A stretch of DNA of 64,000 nucleotides from Macrostomum hystrix (GCA_950097015.1 CATNEN010000038.1:4092001-4156000); one strand, 5' to 3'. Positions 27,123 through 46,129 are shown, numbered from the stretch's first letter. Translations and numbers: made by a program. The notes: a model not told the origin generated them from the sequence alone.

Positions 27123-29719
27123 GACGAAGTGGAAGCCATTTTGAAGCTGATGAGATAAGTTGTCACTTGTGTTAGTGCTTTCTTAGAATTATTAGTTACG
27201 GATATTTAGGCGTTTGAAGTTTATTAAATAACCAGTCTAGACCAGATGCGTGGTGGACAGAAGTACTGCGTTATCTTTGCACTATTCGATGCCATGTTTT
27301 TTGATTGCCAATTTTTTTCCAGATATCTTTGTCAGAGCCATGCTCGCATGCGAGTGCTATGAGCAGCTGTGCCAATTTTTGTGTGCACAGCCTTCAGTTG
27401 GGGTACTTTGTTTTATTCCAGCCGACAATTTTATTATTTTTTGTAACTAAAGGAATTCATCGCTACATGGCCAGTTTGACGGTTTTTAGTTGCTATCGCT
27501 TCTACCATGAGCACAGGTGCGTCCGACACTGATTGTGAACTGCAGGTTTACCGGACACACGTTACTTTTCTACGTGCAGTATTATGAAATTTATAAGACC
27601 AAATCTGATGCCTTTTTGATTATTAATTCGTGCTTCAAAAAAGCTCTTTTTGCTAAGTCTTCATTTCTCTCAAATCCTGATTTGTTTAATTGCGATTTTA
27701 TCACGAGTACTTACGAGTTTGTAGTGAAAAATTTTCCCTTCAAGTTTACATTGAAACAAACCAAAAGAAATTGATAATAAAGAAAAGCGTGGGAATAAAT
27801 TTTAGGTATATTTTAAATATTCTATCCTCCGCCAAATTGTATATCAAACAAGTGTGAAAATGTTGCTTGACGTGCGTCAATGTTGTTGAAAGCTGGACAA
27901 AAATGTAGAGCATTGCGAAATAACAAAAACGTTCGTTTGCTCATAGCTCGTAATGCCACTCACCTAATTTTAAACTAACTTTTGAAAAACAGTGATGGTA
28001 ATTAGGTTACAGTATGTAAATAAAAAAATTGCAAGACCGAATATCTTTAAGGGTACAGCGCGCACGTTTTCGTTAAAATGCTTGGAGTAACCGCTGAATA
28101 TTACAGCTTTTGTATTTCCTTGAGCAAAAATACCTTTTTAAAAAGGCTGTGGCACAGATCCTACGAGGATCCTCACTGCCAACTACGAGGATGCTCGTAG
28201 AATGACGTCATCAACCTTATGCTACTAATATTTCTTCACTCCAAGAGTAGGCTGAATTGCATATTTACGAGCGTATGAGAACAGTTTAAAGCTGACGAGT
28301 TACAAGGCCAATAGCCTAGCTCTATCGAAACGAAGCATTCATCCTTGTGCAGTACGCAAAGCATTGTGAAATCGACGACTTAGATGAAGAGAAACAAAGC
28401 GAGAACTCCAGATGTGGTGTCGAGTTTAGTTGTTGGCCCATCTGGTGTCTGGACGAAAGTGCAAACAAACTGATTGTCCATGAGCAGATTTGCACAAGGG
28501 CTTTCTTTTAAAATGGAGACATCCTGGAAATGTACGCCAGGAAGAGGTTGCGCCAAGCCCAATGCCTGCGCCCAGGCAGCTGGTTGATGGCGCTATGCAG
28601 CTGCATGCTTGCAGATGTCTGTTGCAGCTTGGATTCCAGACACAGCTTCATCGGTGTACAGTTTCAGTCTTGCTCAGCACAGTTTTATTCACATTAACCA
28701 CGGAAGTTCGAAGCACGTTCGCTGTCGAGATCGCCATCGATAAAAACAGCGCTTTTAAATCGATCTCAAGGGGCAGTGTCCCAGAGGTCTTTAGGGCTGT
28801 TTTAAGGATTCCCTGCGCTTTGAAAGAAGATTAGCAGCAGCCGAGATTACATGATCAGAAACAGCACTGACGTTGGAGGTGAAAGCCTCTTGAGTTTCAG
28901 TTTCGAGATTTCTAAGGTCCGTCCTAAGAAGGAGAGCGCTAGGCTTTTTAACTAAAAAGTAAGACTAAGATCGACCTCGCAATTGACAAGACTTTGATCC
29001 GACTTAATGCAGCTGGTCCGATGCCGGACGATATGTCCGTCAGCAGGCTGAGTTTCCGTTGAAGCCGCCACCGAAAATCATGTCTCGTGTCAGTACGTGA
29101 TCCAGGATGCTCCCAAGAATGTGAGAGTGACCATGAGGAGTAGGCCGCAGTGTGAGAGCGTAGCGTAGACACAGACGAAGCCGTCAAACAGATATCAAGA
29201 GACCCCATTCCATTCGCGTCGATGAAGTCATTTAAGTCGCTTTATTAATGAGCTCCTCTCGTCATACTCGGAACTGGCAACGCAACATTCCTTATCCAAC
29301 TTGTCAACTGACTGTTCCAATGCGAACAATTGATAAAAATCATCGAGAGAAGTGCATCAGCAGCTTTTTTTAAGTCGAAATCATCCATGTACTTCTCGAT
29401 CTAGGTGCCAGTAAGTCCGCTTCTCCATTTCCTTAACTCACCATCCATATAGCACTGTTTCGTAGGACATAGTCTATGGCAGTCTGGTAAGAATGAAACA
29501 GTCACGTAACATTTTGTTCATTCCAATGACATGAGTGTATCCTCGAATATAACCTCGTACCCTCGTATATACACTTAATACGAAAATTTTATTTTGCTAG
29601 ACAAGCAATAAAGAAACAACTAAATATTCTATTTCGGTCACGAATTTTTTTCAGTCATTCTTCGAAGGTTTCTTTGTGCTGAATTTGCGGGGCATATTTT
29701 TTTACATGGCCAAAACACT

Positions 29720-32700
29720 TTAAAAATCAATTAGCTGATCGTCGATGATTGACAGCCGTTCGATCATGTTGTCTGCCGCGGCGGTCGCTGTCTCGTTGCC
29801 CGCAAAGTCGTGAATGCTTCGGAGCAGCTGCCAGAGCCCCAGATGATTGCTCTGGAGCCTGACGGCCTGTCAACAGTGGGGTTAGATGATGTGTATGTGG
29901 GGGATGTGATTGGATATTGGACAGAGAGTGACAGACAGACAGACAGACAGCCAGACAGACAGACAGGCAGGCAGCTCATTACCTGCTCAAGCAGCTGAAT
30001 CGCTTTCTCCAGCTCGCCATTCTGATAGGCCAGAAATTCGCCAAATTTTCTGTGCACCTCAAAGAAGTTAGGATTCAGGTCCAGCGCTCGGATGTACAGG
30101 GCACTCGCTTCCTGATTCTTGTTAAACTGAGCATGGTTTCGTAAACGAATGGTTGCATTAGACTACTAACAGTAGGGTAAGAAATTTTGGTATGCCTATT
30201 TCATTCTACTCACCAGTTTCCATTTGATCTCTGCTAAATCGAGCATAGCCACAACGAAGCTTCCGTCGAGGTTCAGAACTCGTTCAAGCAATTTCTCAGC
30301 TTCCTGGAATTTTTCTTGACGCTTTCGGCTCATCGCCAGCTTGTGCAGAACCTCAGAGTTGTCTGCAATTTTCACGTGCCTACTATGTACCAACATACCT
30401 ATATGTAAAACTTCCCAGTTCCCAGATCCCAGTTCCCAGATCCCAGTTCCCAGATCCCAGATCCCAGTTCCCAGATCCCAGTTCCCAGATCCCAGATCCC
30501 AGTTCCCAGATCCCAGTTCCCAGATCCCAGTTCCCAGATCCCAGTTCCCAGATCCCAGTTCCCAGATCCCAGTTCCCAGATCCCAGTTCCCAGATCCCAG
30601 TTCCCAGATCCCAGTTCCCAGATCCCAGTTCCCAGATCCCAGTTCCCAGATCCCAGTTCCCAGATCCCAGTTCCCAGATCCCAGTTCCCAGATCCATAAA
30701 TTGAGGAAGTAAGCTTACATGGCATTGTTGTAAGAATTTTCGAGGCGACTGTATCAACTTCTGATGGTGACTTGACGGCCACTGAAAGGGCAGGTATTTA
30801 TTGTCTGAGGTTTAGATTTTATTTAATTCACAGACAATTGATTGGCAGGTCACACTCACTTTCGTAGAAAGCGCCCTCAATGTAACCCACCGGCTTCAAA
30901 TTTTGAATGCCAATGGCCAGGGTTGGTTCCAAATTGATGGTGGCATGGTAGAAACCTTCAGGCTGGAAGGTCGGTCAGAAATTCTGTAATTCTTTGAATT
31001 GAACACTTAGAAAAAAAGAACTGGGAAAATAGGAATTGGGGAACAGGGGATTGGGTAGCAGGGGATTTGGGAGCAGGGGATACAGGGGATTGGGGAGCAA
31101 ATATTGGGGAACAAGTAATCGAGGTACGATGAATATGGGATTAAAGTCAGAGTTCGAGTATTGAATATTCAAGTATTGAGTATTCGGCAATTAGGGATTT
31201 AATAATAAAGCTAATAATACAAATAAGAAACCGAAAGCTATTTGGGGATTGCAGGAACAGGAAATTAAATCTTGAGAAGCTAGTGGCAGCTCACAATGTA
31301 GAGGACTTCCCCTGCCGACTGAACGCAGTCGATTGGCTCAACCGCAGCCGCGGCGCCGTCAATCATCGCTGCCATGGTTGTCGCCTGCGGGCCGCGGACC
31401 CGGGCCAGCCAGTCAACGGGTTCAAAGGCGTGATACACTCCGCCGGGTGGGGCCCTGTCACCAGGGTAGAGGAACCAGCGCTTCCGGCCGCTGACCACGG
31501 CGTTCCAGGCGTCAGCGTGCCGGTGGAACGACGCCCCGCTAGTGTTGCCGCCCAAGAACAGATACAGGTCGTGGTCACGTGACTGGAAAAAAATTTGCGG
31601 CATGATTATTTTTTGTGCTGTTCGAAAATTCTTGCATGAGTCTTTCAGCCAATCATAAAGTGCGGCCTTGGATTGAAACACGCTAGGCCAGCGTGCTAAC
31701 ACTAGTACTGCCTTATATGGCAATTTGCGATTTGTCAATCGCTTTGGTTATATTTAAGGATGATAGATTTTTATAGACCAGTGGGGGTCCTTGGCGGAGC
31801 GGTATCGCGTTTGCATCTCGCACCAGGGTCCTGAGCTCGATTCCGCAGCGAGGCCAATTATTTGTTTGGGGCGCAGCCGCGGAGAGAAGGCTTGGAAGCT
31901 TTTCATGTCATTTACGCCCTTGAGGGCCAACATCCAAGGCACAGTGAAAGTGTGCAGTGCCTGACGATGAGAAAGTCAGGGCAGATGTACACACCTGTGT
32001 GAGCGTGTGCCTGTGTATGGTATCTGTGTGCGTGTGTGCTCAGGAGTCAGCGAAGGGCAGAATTGCTTCCTCGCTGGCTGCGGGTCTAATGTCACCAAAT
32101 GATGTGTCACTGCCCGCAGCCCGCCTGCAATTATTATTGATACCAGCTCAACGCTCAACGCTTCTGACTGAAGGGGTCAGGAGTTCGATTCTCAGCCCAA
32201 TAGAAACATTGGAGCACGAAATTTAGCCTGAGTTTAAATTTAGGTGAATTTGGTGCCTCCCCCTGAGTCCATGGACTGAACTGCTGTACAAAGCCGCTCA
32301 ATTGCATCTTGGTTAGGTTTATTTACAATTAGATTTAGTTTTCATATTGAGTTTAATACTTAGGAACGTGATGGAAAGCATAAGAGTTCGACTCTATAAA
32401 GAACAGCTTAGAAACGTGCAAAGCGTAAACATACGTACATTGTAGGACATGATCGGCGGGAACTTCAGTGCAGAATCCATATGCGTTGACTGGAAAAACT
32501 CCCTGCTGAAAATATACCTGCAAAGGTTGAAATTGAATTCAACTGTTCAATTGAATGGTGAAATACGCATTAAAAACTAGTAGCACTTAACTGTACTGTA
32601 CTGAACGGTAATGTACAGAAGTGTACTAGATTCAAGCCCAAACCTCTCTAGAACGTCGAGATCAAAGACTATTATTCTATGGCCTAATCATTGCGTCACG

Positions 32701-33651
32701 GTTATTGCGTACCGACGTGCCTACATGCATATAACATTAGTTATCTTCAAAGACTGACCATAGACGAAGTTTTAGTGTTTGTTATACGCACGAGAGAGAT
32801 GTGACTCCGGGACTCATTTAGGCCATAGAATAATGCACTTGTGTAAGTATGCACTCTAGTATAGTAGTATCCACTGTAGGATGTACAATCCACTATCTAC
32901 TATCAGTAAATCACACTATTACAGGGGTAATTATCACAATGTATAATACACCCCTGTACGCCTAACTAGCACTAATTAATAATTGCAAAGCGTTCAAAAG
33001 CCATCAGATTTTCAACTTTAATGTGTCCGTATGATCTCAGTCTTTGGTGTTTTACTGGCCTTCTTATATCTAATAACGAATTAAAATTTACCGCTTCTCC
33101 GCTGCGCTCTCATTCCGAATGTCCCTTAAAAATCGGCCGAAATTCACCCGATCCTGGCCTTGTCCACCTGACCGGACAATATCGATGGGACGGCCAACCA
33201 GGGCCTCGTAGGAGCCGAACTGCGCGGCCAGACGGTCCAGCGACCAAGCGGCCTCACTAACCAACCAGTCGGCGGCGCCGCGATCAAACTGCAGCAGTAG
33301 CGGTCGCTTCAGTCGGTAGGTGGAACGAAACTCCTCAACGCTCAGGTTCTTCGCCCAGCGTCGATCGATGCCACAGAGTGACGAGGACAACGTCGATGAA
33401 TGACCCGTTCCGCGCGTGGCCGACTTTTGCATGCGTCGCTGCTGAGTACTGTTCAGAGCCGAGGACTTACTTGAGCTGGAGCCGGACTTGCTAGTCGGCG
33501 CTACCAGGAAGTGAACGGCGATGTTGGCCAGAAGAAGCAGGCACAGCACGGAGATCACAGCAGACTTGATAGTCTGCATCAGGGCCGCGTGCCGGCCATT
33601 CATGTGCTGCAATGGCGGCTGACCGCTCGGCCTGGAGGCATGATCCCGCAT
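29720..33651 (-). CDS. Membrane-anchored JMJD8-like JmjC 2OG/Fe dioxygenase with C-terminal TPR repeats, ~522 aa (exons 33651-33092, 32517-32439, 31582-31295, 30962-30860, 30781-30719, 30398-30214, 30126-29983, 29866-29720)
   Basis: Eight exons join in frame. TM segment [20 protein letters not shown]; [13 protein letters not shown]; [28 protein letters not shown]; [16 protein letters not shown]; TPR-like [13 protein letters not shown] and [13 protein letters not shown]. Confidence 0.85.
29928..29975. repeat. (CAGA)n microsatellite, intronic
   Basis: Direct. Confidence 0.85.
30413..30695. repeat. 14-bp (CCCAGTT CCCAGAT) minisatellite, intronic
   Basis: Direct; two alternating 7-mers. Confidence 0.95.
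31790..32140 (+). mobile_element. tRNA-derived SINE, family A (~360 bp, ATT-repeat tail)
   Basis: A/B-box-like head (TGGCGGAGCGGT...GAGCTCGATTCC); body shared with the copies at 52340 and 53272; ATTATT tail. Confidence 0.8.
32150..32290 (+). mobile_element. tRNA-derived SINE, family B, fragment
   Basis: B-box GGAGTTCGATTC and 3' motif AGTCCATGGACTGAAC shared with other copies. Confidence 0.6.
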
Positions 33652-34759
33652 GCTGCTTGACGATGGCTTGTTGCTGAGGGCACCTGCCTGATATAAATTT
33701 AACTGAAACAGATAAACTGAAAACCGCTGAGATAAATTTAAAGGAGCAGTAAGCAGTAAGCAGTAAGCAGCAATCGCGTTTGGTGTCGACTTCTCAGGAC
33801 ACTCGCTAAAACTATTTGTCTATGGCTAACGCCGACCCAACCTCATTCTTTTTGTCTTTCGCTTTCAAAGTCATAGGTATAAATCAGCAGCAGCTGATGC
33901 AGCGCGAGAGAGGATTGAGAGAGAGCTGGAAGAGACGAAATAATAGAGGAGTTTGGAGGCGGGAGAGCCTCCGCTGGTTGGAGGACAGGAGTTGTTTGTT
34001 CCTCCCGCGCGCCCCTGTGCTCATGGACTGCTACACTTAAGGAAAATGCTGAGCCCTCTGAGTACAGTAGCATGCATTACTGCCATGCAATCTTGAGCAA
34101 TGTACGTACTTGTGCAGCTGCATTGTCCAACTCCCCTTGACACTGAAACTGCATGCAGCAGCCCGCATCACTCTGAATTTGCGTCCTTTCATTCAGTCAA
34201 TCAAATCCACCTATGGCCTCATTTTTATCTTTTTTTCTATTTACTTCATGGCTTTTGTCAATACCTAGCATACATGGCAGTCTATAATTCTGAAAGCTCC
34301 TTGAGTCTCAATATCTCTCTGAGATTGAGCACATAGTATAAGAACAACTCGAAATAAACAATGTCGAAAAAATATTTTTTTTAGATTTTATTTTATTGAT
34401 CGAGATAAAAAGTGTCACGGAATGCAAATTGCGTACTTTGTTGAAATCACTCACTCTCAAGTATACGTTTGTAAATCTTCATACTGCATATTTTGCTAAA
34501 TTATATGCATTATCGACAATCAGTAACTAATACTTGCACATTGCATAACAATTTTATCAATACTACTGAAATTATTCAATTCCTGAATACCAGGAGGGGG
34601 TGTTTATTTTATTCATTAAATAACTACACGCTCAGATCGAGAGTTATTTTAATTTGCCCGTTCGAAATTTCAAAGAATCTGTTTTACATAATAACTTTTA
34701 TTGCATCATTCTTTTTGCTACAACAACAAAATACGCTGTCAGGTGGAAAAAAAGCTGCG

Positions 34760-36165
34760 TCACAATGCACGCTTCAGAGCCTGGGCGCGAACAAAGGCCG
34801 CACCGCCGGCAGTGTCCGGGGCGCCAGCATCGGCCAGCAGGCAGTCGACGAAACGCCGAGTTCGGGCCTGGCCGCGCCGGTAGGGTGCCTGCAGGGTTAG
34901 CAGCAGCACTTCCTGCATCGGCTGCGGGCAGTAGGACTCGGCGCGGATGATATGGCCTGCCAGCTGGAGTCGCCGAAGTCGCAGCCGTTCACTTGGACGG
35001 GCCAGGTCGGCGCGGCGATAGAGTGCTGCGTTAGTGATCCGCTCGTCGCTGATCTTAAAGGCGGCGCGCAGCAGGCCAGCGTGCGCCGCATTGACTTGCT
35101 GCTCGAGCGAATCCGTCAGCGTCCAGGTCTCGGCGTTGTACAACAGGACGGTCTCGACCACCGCCTGGAACAACGCCGCCATCTGGCGATCAGGTAGGGC
35201 CTCGGACTGCAGGACCGCCCTCACAGAACGAAAGGCAGCCCAAGCGTACCGGCGGCGATGCCGCAGATCTTCGCGGACGTCTGGTACTAGACCGCCGAGG
35301 TAGACGAACTGCTGACAGCGTGGAAGCTCCGTTACCTGCCCGTCAGCGCCTCGGCTGAAAATTGCGGCCTCGATGTCGCCCGGCACGCTGAGCACAACGG
35401 TCTTCTTCGTGTTGACCAACAGGCCGACACTCGCTGCAGTGCTTACCAGCTTGTCCAGCTGGCGCTGAGCGCCCTCTACGGTAGAGGACAGCAGGGCGAG
35501 GTCATCGGCGTAGCCCAGCACGCTGAGCCGTTTCTCCGGTTGACGTCGACCCACGCGTCGCCGCAGTAGGAAGCCGTCTTCGTCGGTAGGAAGAGCAGTT
35601 CGTAGCATATGGCGCTAGTGTCCCCCCTGGAGCACCCCGGATCGGATGTCTCGAAGGAGTCCAAAAGGCCGTCCGGCGTCATCACAACTGCTCTCGTGCA
35701 CAGTACAACGCCATGATGGCGGAGATCAGCTGTTCTGGCACATGGTACGCGCGGAGCACATGTGGGAGCGCAGCCCTCGCAACCGAGTCGAATGCCTTCA
35801 TCAACAATCAGGTCCAACTGGCGCGTGCGCGCCTCCTCGATGGTTCGGCGAAGAGCTAGGATTTGCGTCACTGTGCCACGGTGGGGCCGAAACCCGTTCT
35901 GCTCAGGTCGCAGGTAGGGATCCAGCACGGGTTGCAACCGCGATAGCAGCATCCGGTTGAACAACTTCGCAACACAGGATTGCAGGCAGATGCCTCGGTG
36001 CTCGTCTAGCCGTGTAGTGCCCGGCTTCTTTGGAATGGCGATGATGTGCGCCATGGTCCACTCGGTAGGTGCCACCTCACCGGAGAGCGGTTCATCACAC
36101 GGGCGACCTCACTGGCCACACAGTGGATGCGCAGCGCCTCGATTGGCACCTCGTCCGGACCCTTT
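34760..36165 (-). mobile_element. 5'-truncated, frameshifted non-LTR retrotransposon (RTE-like) reverse transcriptase
   Basis: IPKKPG...RGICL...KLFNRMLL.RL, EQNGFR, LGYADDL, FVYLGG, VLLYNAETWT and LQLAGHIIR, split across frames. Confidence 0.9.
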
Positions 36166-36203
36166 TGCTAGTATTCGTTTAAAAAATCAATGACAGTAAA
36201 TTG

Positions 36204-36452
36204 ACAATTTCTTCGCTAAAGCATCAAGTTTATGTATAAAAGAGAGCGTTGATGTTTTTTCAGACTATACTGCGATCTATGCTAAATTTAATGTATGTCC
36301 TGTCACAGAGTATTATATTGTAAATAGTAAATTATATTAACAATTTCTTCGCTACAGCATCAAGGTTTATGTATAAAAGAGAGCGTTGATGTTTTTTTCA
36401 TACCATACTGCAATCTATGCTAAATTTAATGTATGTCCTGTCAAAGAGTATT
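36204..36452. repeat. ~135-bp tandem duplication next to the LINE 5' truncation point
   Basis: ACAATTTCTTCGCTA...CTGTCA-AGAGTATTA occurs twice. Confidence 0.8.
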
Positions 36453-39400
36453 ACTTCCACAACTATTTAAGCTGATACGTAGTTTTTTTATTTCTATATA
36501 GCTATATATATAACTAGATGTCATTTGATTCTGAAAACAACATCCTTAATTTTTAACGATCGAAGTCATTGAACGAGTTGTTGAGAATAAAATGCAAGTA
36601 GTTTATATGACATTATTCGCTGCTGTTTCTGAGCAGAAAATCTGCCGATATCGACAACAAAGGACTACAAAGACTAGCTTTGAGTGATAATGGGTGTGAC
36701 TAACTTCATAATCCTAATTTCTAAACTCAAACGCGAGCGTGAAGGATAGTATCACGAAAACTATTTTAACTTGTATAAGCCTTACGCAACTTTAGTAAAA
36801 TAATCTAAAATATAATATTTATTTAGCATTAATAAGTTAGTACTTTTAAATATAACTTAAATTTGCTATTTATCACTAAATATTTTTGTTAATGTGCGTT
36901 GAAATTTATCAAATTGCTTCGATTTAAAATAATGTTTGGCAATTCATTTTTATAATAAAAGTTCAATGCTTACTTACTTTACTGACTTACTGTAAGGCGT
37001 AAGCAGGAACTAGTAATGGTTTCAATTGATATGATGAAAAGTCCATATTTTCGTTTTTTTCTAAGACGACTTTTTCTTTCCATATTCCATATTGGCATAT
37101 TGATATGCATTTTTAGGATTTGTTTGCCCTTGTTTTCGGGGTAATTCCATGTGAAGGTCATCAATGGGACATATTTTTTATGCTATATTTATCAAAGTTT
37201 ATATTTCTATTTGTACATAATTATATATAGTTTTATGTTCAGGTAGTTTTAAACATATTTATCTACCTTTAGGTTTATATTTTTTGTTTTGATCATAGTA
37301 CCCCTACAAACAATAGATAGTGAATCTAGTTTTCATTAAAGAATTTATTAGTCTTAAATTTAACTCAAAGAATATATAAAAAAATAACTTAACATTATTT
37401 TATCTAAAAGCTGAAATAAAAAAGTTTTATGACCTAACATATTTCTTTTTATCATAACTTTTGCTTTGAAAAGTTTGGGCTTTGTTTTTCAAGTGTTAAA
37501 AACGACCATCATTTTTTTAATAAAAAGTTGTTATACCAAGTTCAAAAGGCTTGTGAAGTGATTTTTTTGCTAAAATATTTTCTTAGCCTACATCTAACTA
37601 ACTAACTTAAATATTGTCTTTTTTGTTAGCATGTGATAAGTTTAATATACTTAAAAAACCTGCAAAGTTACCCAACAACCATCATTTCCTGGCATTCTTA
37701 AAACCTATATATATATATTGAGAAAACATTATTACTATAATTTTTTCATAAATTTGATAAAGTTCATATAATTAACTACATCAGTACTGTTCTCAAGTTG
37801 TGTATTTTTAATCAATTTCTCTTGTAAAAGTTTCTTGTGTCAATTTTAAAGACAATACAGGTTCTTGGAATTCAAGCCTTTAAGAGATACTGTTAATCTT
37901 GTTTTATATGCCTTAAATTAAATTATTTTTTTGTTAGTTCATACTAAGCCATTAGTTTATTTAATTGTTTCATGCACTATTCCCTCTATTAACTGATTAG
38001 CCATCTTTATGATTATTGAGTCAGACAATCTTGAAGTTTATGTTTTGTTGAAGGTACATGGTAGGTTTGATCTGAAATGTGAGATTAGGCCTAGTGTAAT
38101 AAATTTTTTGGTTAGAAAAGCATTAAATATTTTTATTAGAACTAATATCAGTTATAAACAATCTTAAAGCCAAGATATTATCCAAAATAGAGAGATTCCT
38201 TATGCTGTTTTAAAAAATGATGGTTGTTCTTTGAAACAAACAACAGTCAGTCCAACAACTGTCATCTAAGAAAAAATGTGCAACACACTTAAAACTGGCT
38301 ACTAACATGTGAAATTAGTTTATAACTGTTTATCTAGCTATTTTTTACTACAACGAATGACTGATTGAGACAAAAACTTGCCTGATTTGCAGGAATCTTG
38401 AACTTATGTTGAAAATTTGAATAGGCCTATACATGTCAACTTTCACCAAAAATGACCATCATTGAAAGTTTCTGTCTGCTACATTAACACAGTAAATAAA
38501 GTTACTTTAAAATGTATATTATCTTAATCTAGAGGTCACACCCATCAATATAAAACATACAAAGTCTTGAGTTAGTTTGTCTTTGGTACAAATAATGATT
38601 ATGTACACCAACACAACAGCTGTCATCTCATGGAATTTGCCTTCAAACTTAATTTTGTCTTAAATTTAATCTATTCTACTCTATGACCTATTAGCTATAA
38701 TATTTCTCTAGCTAACATTTTCTCTATATGAACAACATTTTGGACACATCTAGCCTATTAAAAATTTTCTGGTTGGTGCAGTGTACAATTAGGCAATACA
38801 GCTTAATGTGAGGCGTCACAGCACCCCAATGGTTTTTTTCAGTAGGGATGCACAGGCTAAAGCTGATGTTAGCCTGACATGGTGCTCTGTTAAGCAAAAT
38901 TTTATAGTTCTTGGTGTGTATCCATGAACTTTGTGCAAAAAGTCCAATAGAGGACATTTTGTATTGGATTTCGGCCTTACTACAGTTGAACTTTACTACT
39001 AAGTTCTGACTAACTACAACTAGTTTGTCATTTCATTTATCATTTATTGTTTATTGTTTTAATTTCTAGCATAGATACTTCTTAAAAGCTTCAATACCAT
39101 GCCATTTTTGGATATTTAAAATTCCTACTGCTTGCTAGTGCAAATTCAAATTAAAAATACTCGCACTTTTATGAATCAAACTGCAAGATTGCCAAAATGT
39201 CTTATTCCTAATTGTAGCTGGTAGCAATGGTCTTAAAATATTTCTAGTGTATTCTTTTTTAGCAGTGTAGTAAAATACTTTTTCTTTTGTAAATAGAAGT
39301 GTTAGTATAGCTTGTACAGTTTGTCAGCTATTGAAAATAAGAAATTGAAACATTATATTTGTTCTAACTTAATAATATAAATCTATAATATATTTGAAAT

Positions 39401-39823
39401 GCATTACATCATAACTGAAAGCAACTTATTTTAATGAGAATGTTAGTACTTATTATTTATTTAGTAAAAAAATTGTTTTGAAATGTAGAATAATCTTTTA
39501 TGTAGAATAAAGGAATAAATCTTTTTTAAATACTTGAAAAACTATGTCTATGTCCGCATGTACCTCTGAAAAAGGCTAGACATCTACAAAACCATGAGAA
39601 TATGCAAGTGTTTATTGGCCTAACCACTTCCTGTTTGGTTATTTTTATTACAGTATTTTAATTTAGTGTAATTTTTAATCAAGAGTAGAATCTATGATTG
39701 TATCGATTATTTAACATTTGTTTCATGTACTTTATTTATCTTTCACTTCAGACATTTCATTTCAAGTTGCTTAATTAACATAACTTGGTAGTATATTAAG
39801 TAATAAACTATCAAGCAAAGACA

Positions 39824-45219
<5,396 letters not shown>

Positions 45220-46129
45220 GAGGATTTCAGAATTGCAGGACTCAAATCGACATGAACCAGATGCTAATAGTGAACCTTTCAGTCCCCGATCGCATAATAT
45301 TAGAGTGCAATTCGCTAGCGCACTAATTACTTGCATCTATCTATGATTATTCTCTTTCTAGATTGTTGTTTTTTCTTAGTTTTTTCGCAATTGTAATATT
45401 ACTGCCATGTGAGTAGTATCTCTGCTGCTGTTGTTGATTCGGGCATTGATTATTGTGTTATTTTATACTGACCCCGCAGACTAGCTCTTGAAAATAGAGA
45501 ATAAGTATATCTATATTCCGAAAATTACATTCTGAGTTTACTCTGTAATACATTTGTTTATGCTATTGCTAAATCCGTATTAAAAATTTATCATATTTAT
45601 TCAAGTAACTCATTTTTAACACTTGCCCGGCCCAGTTACTCTTATGCGATGATTCCATATTGAAATGATGGTTTTTAATCTAAAAAATGTCCTTAAAATG
45701 GCTCCATTCTTCAGTTATGCACACACACTGTATGGTTATCCAAGATGATTATCTAATTTTGGTGTTGTCTATTTTCTCCCTAATAGCCTACTAGGAAGTA
45801 CGAGTAGTATCATTGGAGTTTTGCACCTCATTAAATCTAGGTTTGTTCTTGAACAAGATAATTGTCGTTTTGTGATTTATTCGTCATTTTCCTCCCCTTC
45901 TGTTGTTGCGTTGGCCTACTAGCAGTAATTAATCAAGTGGCGCAAATTTATCTATTCATAGACGCATCAAATTTCGTTTCTGCCATTCGGCGCAGCAGTT
46001 AAATTTTCAGTTATAATTATTATTAAATTTAATTAGCCATTAAGAAACAAAAAAGTTTTTTAATGCTCCGAATTTCACTTTATTATTTATTTTTTGCTGT
46101 CGAATCATTTGTAAAAGCAACAAGAAATG

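Noticed and set aside
30341-30782. Repeat-protein ORFs ([14 protein letters not shown] and its antisense)
   Set aside because: Artefacts of a stop-free intronic 14-bp satellite; the host gene splices around it in frame.
31958-31985. Hammerhead core (CTGACGA...GAAA)
   Set aside because: Only 3 nt separate the two core halves, so there is no stem II; the sequence forms a plain CTGAC/GTCAG hairpin.
32668-32838. 17-bp inverted repeat ATTATTCTATGGCCTAA as a MITE
   Set aside because: No TSD found and only one instance in the window; too little to call an element.
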